From assembly GCF_902713615.1 (NCBI RefSeq), contig NC_052168.1, positions 5,580,001 to 5,644,000 of the forward strand: DNA of 64,000 bases, given 5' to 3'. Of this stretch, positions 1 through 8,670 are shown one piece after another (position 1 is the first letter of the stretch; each line of letters begins with the position of its first letter). This DNA comes from Scyliorhinus canicula (taxonomy: Eukaryota). Under the pieces are notes generated by a model. That model was not told the DNA's origin. It saw only the letters and a program-made list of their open reading frames with translations, and searched no databases. A program made the translations under genes and the position numbers.

Positions 1-587
1 GGACAGGTACAGCACCGGGCTAGATACAGAGTAAAGCTCCCTCTACACTGTCCCCATCAAACACTCCCAGGACAGGTACAGCACGGGGTTAGATACAGAG
101 TAAAGCTCCCTCCACACTGTCCCCCATCAAACACTCCCAGGACAGGTACAGCACGGGGTTAGATACAGAGTAAAGCTCCCTCCACACTGTCCCCATCAAA
201 CACTCCCAGGACAGGTACAGCACGGGGTTAGATACAGAGTAAAGCTCCCTCTACACTGTCCCCATCAAACACTCCCAGGACAGGTACAGCACGGGGTTAG
301 ATACAGAGTAAAGCTCCCTCTACGCTGTCCCCATCAAACACTCCCAGGACAGGTATAGCACGGGGTTAGATACAGAGTAAAGCTCCCTCTACACTGTCCC
401 CATCAAACACTCCCAGGACAGGTACAGCACGGGGTTAGATACAGAGTAAAGCTCCCTCTACACTGTCCCCATCAAACACTCCCAGGACAGGTACAGCACG
501 GGGTTAGATACAGAGTAAAGCTCCCTCTACACTGTCCCCATCAAACACTCCCAGGACAGGTACAACACGGGGTTAGATACAGAGTTA
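1..587 (+). repeat. 69-bp minisatellite (GGACAGGTACAGCACGGGGTTAGATACAGAGTAAAGCTCCCTCTACACTGTCCCCATCAAACACTCCCA)n, ~8.5 copies, in intron 1 of ferritin A
   Basis: Unit starts recur at 1, 70, 140, 209, 278, 347, 416, 485 and 554. Confidence 0.97.
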
Positions 588-1064
588 AACCCCCCCACAC
601 CCAACACAGTCCTCGTCAACCATGTGGTTCTGTGCACACCAGTCCTGTCAGGCATGTTTGTAACAGCATGGATGCCCTTGCGGTGACGACACCCACCGCC
701 TGTGCTGACACGTGGCCTGTTTGGTGACTGTGTTCTGATCCCGTGTGGCCATGTAGCACGACCACACTCCTAAAGTGCTTCAGCAGCCACGGAGCACTCT
801 GAGACAGCTGGAAACCATGGAAGGTGCTACTGAAATGCAGCTTCTTTCCTGACCCCATTCCTGTCTTTTCCATGAACGCCCCAAAAATAAATTGACAACC
901 TCCTGGAGCTCAACTGAATTAGCAGCAACATTTAACCCTCTAATCACAAATAGAGGTTCAGCATCAAGAAAATATTTCTGAAATAATTATGGGACATTTT
1001 AGAAGGCAGTGGCTCATTAAGGTCACAGTCTAATCTGTGTTAAGGTGAGAAGAGGCTAGTTTAC

Positions 1065-1166
1065 CATGGCGAGGTACACATATGAGGTGTAGTACTCGAG
1101 GCCGATGAGTTTGTTGATGGCCGTCTCACTGTCTGGGTGAAAGTTCTGTCTCACCTGAGACTCCAT
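1065..1166 (-). CDS. Ferritin A, coding exon 1 ([34 protein letters not shown]); remaining exons lie left of the window
   Basis: Manual translation gives a ferritin helix-A sequence. Exon is 102 nt, identical to exon 1 of the ferritin at 46601, has a strong Kozak context (acgATGg) and a GT donor (GTAAAC) at the conserved position after Met34. Confidence 0.9.
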
Positions 1167-1321
1167 CGTACACACAATAAACTCCTCGCTCGCTCGATCG
1201 ATCAGTCACCAAACTGCCTGAGCTCGGGGGCAGGGGTGGGGTCAGTGAGTGCAGGGCGCACGCAGGTCTATCAGTCACACACAGTGAGGGGAGGAGGTTT
1301 GGCTCGTTACTGATTGCCAGC

Positions 1322-2256
1322 CGCACGGAAGCACAGTGGTTAGCATTGTTGCCTCGCAGGCTCGATTCCCGGCTTGGGTCACTGTCTGCGCGGAGTCTGC
1401 ACGTTCTCCCCGTGTCTGCGTGGGTTTCCTCCGGGTGCTCCGGTTTCCTCCCACAAGTCCCGAAAGACGTGCTTGTCAGGTGAATTGGACATTCTTTTTT
1501 TTAAATAAACTTAGAGTACCCAATTATTTTTTCCAATTAAGGGGTAATTTAGCATGGCCAATCTACCTATCCTGCACATCTTTGGGTTGTGGGGGTGAAA
1601 CCCACGCAGACACGGGGAGAATGTGCAAATTCCACACGGACAGTGACCCAGGGCCAGGGTTCGAACCCGGGTCCTCAGCGCCATAGACAGCAATGCAAGC
1701 CACTGTGCCACCGTGCTGCCCCCGAATTGGACATTCTGAATTCTCCCTCAGTGTACCCGAACAGGCGCCGGAATGTGGCGACTGGGGGTTTTCACAGTAA
1801 CTTCATTGCAGTAGAACATAGAACAGTACAGCACAGAACAGGCCCTTCGGCCCTCGATGTTGTGCCGAGCCATGATCACCCTACTCAAACCCACGTATCC
1901 ACCCTATACCCGTAACCCAACAACCCCCCCTTAACCTTACTTTTATTAGGACACTACGGGCAATTTAGCATGGCCAATCCACCTAACCTGCACATCTTTG
2001 GACTGTGGGAGGAAACCGGAGCACCCGGAGGAAACCCACGCAAACAGGGGGAGGACGTGCAGACTCCACACAGACAGTGACCCAGCCGGGAATCGAACCT
2101 GGGACCCTGGAGCTGTGAAGCATTTATGCTAACCACCATGCTACCCTGCTGCTGTAAGCCTACTTGTGACACTAATAAAGATTATTACAGGAACGAACCC
2201 AGCTGGTTCACTGCAAACCTGACCTGTGACCATCTTTGATGACCCCTTCGAATGGG
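1322..2256. mobile_element. Nested cluster of three V-SINE/HE1-like SINEs
   Basis: Plus-strand SINE interrupted by minus-strand SINEs at ~1495-1723 and ~1812-2148; GAATTGGACATTCT duplicated at ~1482 and ~1724. Confidence 0.85.
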
Positions 2257-2854
2257 GGATCTTATGGTTATTACAGAATTCAATTCCCATGGATGCGATG
2301 GGGCTGAGACGTTGCCCATAAAGAGGGACCACTCTGCCATAAGTGAAGCTGGTACACACATCGGGAGGTCATTATCACTGAAGACAATGGACGTGAGTGC
2401 AGGCCGTGTGTGTGAGGGGGGCAACTGGTCAGATTCAATGCCAATTTCCCACCAGCAAGTTTAGAAAGAAAGAATTGCATTTATATAGAGCCTTTCACAA
2501 TCTCAGGATGTCCCAGAGTGCTGCACAGCCAATGAACTACGTTCGAAGCATAGTCACTGTTGTAACGTGGGAAATGCACAGTAAGCTCCCACGAAATTCA
2601 GCATGACAATGGCCAGATCATCGGTTTGTACGTTGTTGGTTGAGGGATGAATGTTGGCCCGGACATGGACGGGGGATGGGGGACGGGGGTCGGGGGAGGG
2701 GCGTGGGATCTCCCCTGCTCTTCTCCCAAGTAGTCCCCATGGGATCGTTAACAGCCTCCTGAGCGAGTAGACCTTGGTTCAATGTTTCATCCGACAGACG
2801 GCATCTCTTGACAGTGCAGCACTCTCTCAGCGTCAGCCTGGATTTAGGTTACAA

Positions 2855-3417
2855 CTAGACGTGAATGTAGGAGGGTTGATCAGTAAGTTCGTGGATGATA
2901 CAAACCTTAATGGGGGGATAAATAGTGATGAGGGTAGCTTTAGATTACAGGAGCATAAAGACGGGCTGGTCAGATGGGCTGATCAGTGGCAAATGGAATT
3001 CAATCGGGATAAGTGTGAGGTGATGCACTTGGGCAGGGCAAACAAGAAAATATGTGATAAACGGCAAGACCCTGGGGTGGTGATATGCATAAAGCAATTC
3101 TGAACATAATATTAAACACAACCTCTGACCACTAGGTGGCAGTGTAAACCCACCACCTGTCCCTGGGCCTGGGGAGTTGGGAGTAAGTCGTGTTGGAGGA
3201 TAGACGTATTTTGCAGTCGCTCTATAGCAGTTAGTGAGGGTTAGTAGTTTATTATTTTATTGATCCTAGTTATCGTTATCACCCAGTTGTTTTATAATAA
3301 ATTATTTAAACTAGATGTTCTGTAGCTCATCATTCATATCGGCCAGTGTACAGAACATGACGCTTGGGAATCACCGAGGATCAGAGGGACGTTGGTGTGC
3401 ACAAACACTGGTCCCTT
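2855..3417 (+). mobile_element. CR1 LINE RT fragment, host of a solo LTR and the R2-like insertion; resumes at 4629-4661
   Basis: ISKFVDDT...WADQWQMEFNRDKCEVMHLGR peptide, then CR1-type QRDxGV...SL sequence that continues as (V)AEQV...VVKK after 4628. Confidence 0.9.
3078..3362 (+). mobile_element. Probable solo LTR inserted in CR1, carrying a CTCF-like motif
   Basis: Interrupts CR1 coding sequence; begins TG; AATAAA near 3296; CCACTAGGTGGCAG at 3129-3142. Confidence 0.5.
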
Positions 3418-3649
3418 CGGGAGTAACTATGACTCTCTTAACGAGGATGGGAGTCTCCGACGCGTCCTGGCTACGCCGATGTTAGTTGGATTCTACCCAG
3501 GAGACTGGGTCTGTTCATAGTTACAGTAACCACGGGAATCTTACCCTAAGCACCTATTCTATACCGTGGTGAGTTGCGCCTCCACGTCGGTCCCGCCGGG
3601 CAACGGTTCCTATGAAGGGGTAGAGATGGAGGAACCGGCTAAAGCAACT
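3418..3649 (+). ncRNA. HDV-like (R2-type) self-cleaving ribozyme
   Basis: P1 (GG)CGGG 3418-3421 / CCCGCC 3592-3597; P2 AGTTGC 3572-3577 / GCAACT 3644-3649; P3 GCC 3578-3580 / GGT 3589-3591; L3 TCCACGTC; P1.1 CC/GG; P4 CGGTTCCT 3604-3611 / AGGAACCG 3630-3637; J4/2 GCTAAA with catalytic C3639. Confidence 0.88.
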
Positions 3650-4628
3650 GGTCGAGAATTTTCGGCCGATAGAAATAAGCGTGTGCATGGTACAGAGGCC
3701 TACATGTTGGGTGACCAATATGGAGGTAACCATGCTAGTAGTTGCAGGAATCTGCTGGTTCTTTACTGCAATGAGTCGCACCTCAGCGATGGGGGCACGC
3801 GCTGTTCGACGACCTCCTGATTTATCAGATTGGTTGCACACATGTCGACTGGCCGAGACCAGCAAAACCATGCTAGTACCCTCGTCCGCAAAATTTTAAA
3901 AAAGTTTGATCTTCGGATGGTGCGTGTTCCGACGCGTCCTGGCTACGCCGATGTTAGTTGGACACCACCCAAGTGACGAGGGGAGCGCATGATGCCTTTT
4001 ACCATTCTGAGGATGACGGCCCGAATGGGCAAACTTCAATGCCCAAGACCCAGCTGACGTCCGGGAGGTCGGAACGAGGTCGGAACACGGACAAGTGCTC
4101 GGATACGTCTCGACTGCCCTTCGTTGGTTGGCCTTGGTGGTGGAACGTAGTAGGGTTCTGGCGAACCCATAGAACATTGAATTTGACATTCGGTATCATC
4201 TGTCTGAACCCCGAAGGGCCGGGTGACGACGGGTGAATGACCTCTCCCGGGATGTGCGAGAGGGACAGTTACGCCTAATATGTATGTGAAGCTCGCGGTT
4301 GTTGTTATATTAATGTGTGTGTGAAATAAAAATCCTATTGTGATCAAATGATGATCGTCATTCTGTACCTGCGGGTCAGATGACACAAAGGGTTGGCCGT
4401 CTCCGGACAGACTTAAATACATCTAACCGGTTCTCAGCTCACATTTGGTGGGTGGTGACACCACGCTTGGTATCCCGCGGAATTAAAGGTCATTTTATAC
4501 TGAATCAATTAAGATCACCCCGGTCCACCAACACAGTTCCGGCTGTGGTCACTTGCTAAGGTGGTAGTACAAATCGTCGACGAGCGACGTAAAGACTCGG
4601 AATTGGCACTCTCCGGAGTGTGGTTAAA
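3418..4628 (+). mobile_element. Non-autonomous R2-retrotransposon-derived element (SIDE-like) with 28S-derived 5' leader
   Basis: CGGGAGTAACTATGACTCTCTTAA (28S up to the R2 site) at 3418-3441; HDV-like ribozyme; 3' end GGTTAAA followed by TAGC; cleanly interrupts a CR1 reading frame; no RT ORF. Confidence 0.8.
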
Positions 4629-5106
4629 TAGCAGAGCAGGTGGGAAAGTGGTTAAGAAGGCCCGCTCAGTTAGGGGTTGTCAATCCACTTCAGGATAGGC
4701 CTCCAGGATACAGCTGTGTGCACAACCCTGGAGGGAAATCATTCGGACATTAAAAAATGTATGCTTTTATCATATTCTTTGAACATTTCTCTTTACCACA
4801 CATTAAAAACCTTAAAAATGGGGGGGGAAAAAGGCAGTTGTAGCTTTGACCACCTGCCTCTGCTACCCTCCCACTCTGTCACCCCCCCCCCCCCCACCCC
4901 CATTCCCACCACGCCTTCTCCCCACAATCACCCCCCCCCCCCCCCGGCCCCCCCCCCCCCCCCCCCCCCCCCCCCGGCCCCCCCCCCCCCCCCCCATCCC
5001 TTAACAAGGGAAAACTACACAGTATAAAACCTGGGACCTGGTCGGGGAGAATGACCCTTCGGGAAGAGGAGCAATAGTTTGGTTGTGTCTGTGTACACCG
5101 TAATAA

Positions 5107-5290
5107 GGGGCTGTTTAGCACACTGGGCTAAATCGCTGGCTTTGAAAGCAGACCAAGGCAGGCCAGCACCACGGTTCAATTCCCGTACCGGCCTCCCCGA
5201 ACAGGCGCCGGAATGTGGCGACTAGGGGCTTTTCACAGTAACTTCATTGAAGCCTACTCGAATTTCATTTCATTCATTTTCGTTCATTCA
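5107..5290 (+). mobile_element. Short tRNA-derived SINE (representative; also ~14330, 19401, 20205, 25380, 33047, 40612, 47962, 60008)
   Basis: GGGGCTGTTTAGCAC head, B-box-like GGTTCAATTCCC, shared CCGAACAGGCGCCGGAATGTGGCGACTAGGGG body and TTTCA tail. Confidence 0.85.
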
Positions 5291-5597
5291 TAAACCCGTC
5301 GTTCATTTCTGCCCTATCCTGTGTTCCTGTTGTCTCTCACGTTCAGGTTCCACAGCTCCCCGGCCATCACCTTCACAAGGGGCAAGTAGTGATGGGGAAT
5401 GAATGCCGGCCGTGTTACTGACTGTCCTGTGAGAGAATTTAAAAAAATGAATGGGCTGAATGGCCTCCTTCTGTGTTTTAGGGTGATGGGTACAGCAAAC
5501 CGAGAGGCAAGTGAATTTGGCAATGATTGGCTGGCTGTACGCAAACATTATTTGGTCAGGTTTTCATCCTCACGGACAGTCAAAAGCTTCTTGACGT

Positions 5598-6270
5598 GGC
5601 CCGGAATTCTCTGGCCCTTGGGATTCCGCCGTCGAGAATCCCGCCCATTATCCCAGGGTCAGGGGCCGGGGATTCTCCCAGCCCCCGTGCCGCTATCGCC
5701 CTCGGCGTGGGGCGGAGAATGGGGCGTCGGACCCACAATCGGGTCCGACGACGGTACGCGATTGTCTGGCGACTGGAGAATCGGCTCCAGCCGCGGGCGT
5801 GCGGTTGACGCGCGCCCCCGCGGTGGTTCTCCGCGGTCGACCGGCTGAGTTCCCGTCGAGTTCCGCCGGCGTGGTTCCCATATGGCTTCACCCGGCGGGA
5901 GCTCGGCGTCATGGCTACGGTGGCCGTTCTGGTTGGAGGGGGGGGGGGGGGGGGGCTCCACAATGGCCAGGCCCGCGGTCGGAGGCTACCGATTGGTGGG
6001 CTGGCGTAATCCGGGGGGGGGGAGGGTGTGCCTATCTTCTTCTGCGCCAGCCGCCGTGTGGCTCCGCCATGTTGCGCGGGGGCCAGCCTGAAAATGGACA
6101 CCGTGGGTATGTGGACTCGCGGCCGGAAGTGCAGTATCGGCAGCAGGAGCTGTACGGCACACTCCGGGGCCCTGCTCGTCCCCTTCACACCAAAGAATCA
6201 CTCCGGACTTTTTGAAAACATCTGGAGTGATTTGTGCAGGTTTTCTGCCGGGCGTGGGGGACATAGCCCC
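5598..6270 (-). mobile_element. GC-rich MITE (Harbinger-like family)
   Basis: GGCCCGGAATTCTC terminus and internal palindrome AATCACTCCGGA...TCTGGAGTGATT; same architecture as 28153 and 43163. Confidence 0.6.
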
Positions 6271-6336
6271 ATTTTCGAAGATTCCCGGTCAGGGTGCACG
6301 ATGGCTCAGTGGTTAGCACTGCTGCCTCAAGCCGGT

Positions 6337-6678
6337 GGGCAGCACGGTAGCATGGTGGTTAGCATAAATGCTTCACAGCTCCAGGGTCCCAGGTTCGATT
6401 CCCGGCTGGGTCACTGTCTGTGCGGAGTCTGCACGTCCTCCCCGTGTGTGCATGGGTTTCCTCCGGGTGCTCCGGTTTCCTCCCACAGTCCAAAGATGTG
6501 CGGGTTAGGTGGATTGGCCATGCTAAATTGCCCGTAGTGTCCTAAAAAGTAAGGTTAAGGGGGGGGTTGTTGGGTTACGGGTATAGGGTGGATACGTGGG
6601 TTTGAGTAGGGTGATCATTGCTCGGCACAACATCGAGGGCCGAAGGGCCTGTTCTGTGCTGTACTGTTCTATGTTCTA
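6337..6678 (+). mobile_element. Full-length V-SINE/HE1-like SINE with CR1-type tail (near-identical copies at 27636, 31209 minus, 60478)
   Basis: tRNA-like head with GGTTCGATTCCC, V-domain GGGTTTCCTCCGGGTGCTCCGGTTTCCTCCCACA, tail GAAGGGCCTGTTCTGTGCTGTACTGTTCTATGTTCTA. Confidence 0.9.
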
Positions 6679-7344
6679 AGCCGCCGAGGACCAGGGTTCA
6701 ATCCCGGAACCCCGGGTCACTGTCCATGTGGAGTTTGCACATTCTCCCCGCGTCTGCGTGGGTCGAGGGTGGATTGGCCACTTAACATTGCCCCTTCATT
6801 GGAAAAGAAGAACTGCGTACCCTAAATTTATTGTTTAGAAAAAGGGATCTTCCAGTGTTTTTACATCCAAATTCCACCAGTACCTTTTGAAAGGATGAAT
6901 TCAGTTTGAAAAGGAATCAGGAAACACATTTGCATTTCTCAGCTGTCGAGGAACCCTGAATGGGTTTGCTCTCTCCACGGTGCTACATGAACACAGCTTA
7001 TTCCAGCTGCCTATCACCACTGACTCGGAACCCTGAGCTGATCCTCTGTGGGAGGCAAGGAGAAGAGAAAGCCTGCATGCTTTGCTAAATCTAATATCCA
7101 AATAAAGATTCGGATAGCTGATGAAAAGAGTGGGTAGTCTTTCTGGATTATTGCCCTTAGAGAAGTGGCAGCAAGGCGTGGGTTAAAGGGGAGGCTGTAT
7201 TTTCTGAAACCTGAATTCGCTGATAGCCCCTGGTGACAGGCAGGGTGTGGCTCTATCTTCTTCTGCACATCAGTTTTCAATTTAATGTCAACTGCAGACG
7301 TTAGACTCAGATAATGGCCGTGAAACACAGAGGGACCAATGCAC

Positions 7345-8012
7345 AGTTTTACTGTCTGTTTAACCCGTGCTGTACCTGTCCTGGGAGTGTTTGATGGGGA
7401 CAGTGTAGAGGGAGCTTTACTCTGTATCTAACCCTGCGCTGTACCTGTCCTGGGAGTGTTTGATGGGGACAGTGTAGAGGCAGCTTTACTCTGTATCTAA
7501 CCCCATGCTGTACCAGTCCTGGGAGTGTTTGATGGGGACAGTGTAGAGGGAGCTTTACTCTGTATCTAACCCCGTGCTGTACCTGTCCTGGGAGTGTTTG
7601 ATGGGGACAGTGCAGAGGGAGCTTTACTCTGTATCTAACCTCATGCTGTACCTGTCCTGGGAGTGTTTGATGGGGACAGTGTAGAGGGAGCTTTACTCTG
7701 TATCTAACCCCGTGCTGTACCTGTCCTGGGAGTGTTTGATAGGGGCAGTGTAGAGGGAGCTTTACTCTGTATCTAACCCCGTGCTGTACCTGTCCTGGGA
7801 GTGTTTGATGGGGACAGTGTCGAGGGAGCTTTACTCTGTATCTAACCCGCGCTATACCTGTCCTGGGAGTGTTTGATGGGGACAGTGTAGAGGGAGCTTT
7901 ACTCTGTATCTAACCCCGTGCTGTACCTGTCCTGGGAGTGTTTGATGGGGACAGTGTAGAGGGAGCTTTACTCTGTATCTAACCCCGTGCTGTACCTGTC
8001 CTGGGAGTGTTT
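7345..8012 (-). repeat. 69-bp minisatellite, inverted relative to the array at 1-587 (~9.5 copies)
   Basis: Reverse complement of the same unit. Confidence 0.96.
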
Positions 8013-8194
8013 GCTGAGCTGCAATAACACAGCACCACCACAGGAGGTCACTAATTGTTACAGATTCCTCACAGGCCCTGAGTTAGCCAATTCACCCGGT
8101 CCCTCTTCTAAAAGAAACAGTTTGAGGAATTCATTAAAACTGCACTCAATAGTTTGATTGGTACGCAACTAATTCTCAGCTTAAGGGCACCACT

Positions 8195-8670
8195 GCCAAG
8201 ACTGGCATTTGATGCCCAAACTAATTTGCCCTAGAGAAGGTGGTGGTGAGCTGCCTTCTTACACTGCTGCGGTCCATGAGGTGTAGGTGCACCCACAGTG
8301 CTGTTAGGGAGGGAGTTCCAGGATTTTGACCCAGCGACAGTGAAGGAACGGCCGATATCTTTCCAAGTCAGGATGGTGAGTGACTTGGAGGGGAGCCTCC
8401 AGGTGGTGGCGTCCCCATGTGTCTGTGGCTTTGTCCTTCTAGATGGTAGTGGTTATAGGTTTGGAAGGTTCTGCTGAAGGAGCCTTGGTGAGTTTCTACA
8501 ATGCATCTTGCAGATGGTACACACGGCTGCCACTGTGCGGCGGTGGTGTAGGGTTTGAACATTTCTGGAAGGGGGAAAATCAAACGGGGCTGCTTTGTCC
8601 TGGATGGTGTCGAGCTTCTTGAGTGTTGCTGGAGCCGCACACACCCAGGCAAGCGGGGAATATTCAATCA
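8195..8670 (-). mobile_element. LINE (CR1/L2-type) 3' fragment
   Basis: TLKKLDTIQDKAA...LHHRRTVAAVCTICKMHC peptide; related pieces at 10120-11455, 34545-34800, 45100-45330. Confidence 0.75.

Noticed and set aside
3418-3441. 28S rRNA gene or pseudogene
   Set aside because: Only 24 nt match, ending exactly at the R2 site; better explained as the ribozyme leader
4007-4040. Hammerhead-like CTGAGGA followed by a GCCC/GGGC hairpin
   Set aside because: No correctly placed GAAA, and no stems I and III found
3566-4422. ORFs inside the R2-like element as R2 protein
   Set aside because: Short, with no recognisable zinc-finger, Myb, RT or endonuclease motifs
6337-6420. tRNA genes at SINE heads and the recurrent ...[12 protein letters not shown]... 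ORFs
   Set aside because: tRNA-derived SINE heads without a full cloverleaf; the ORFs are SINE translations
5399-6537. GC-rich ORFs and CpG islands at 5.6, 15, 28 and 43 kb as genes
   Set aside because: They coincide with a repeated TIR-bounded MITE family
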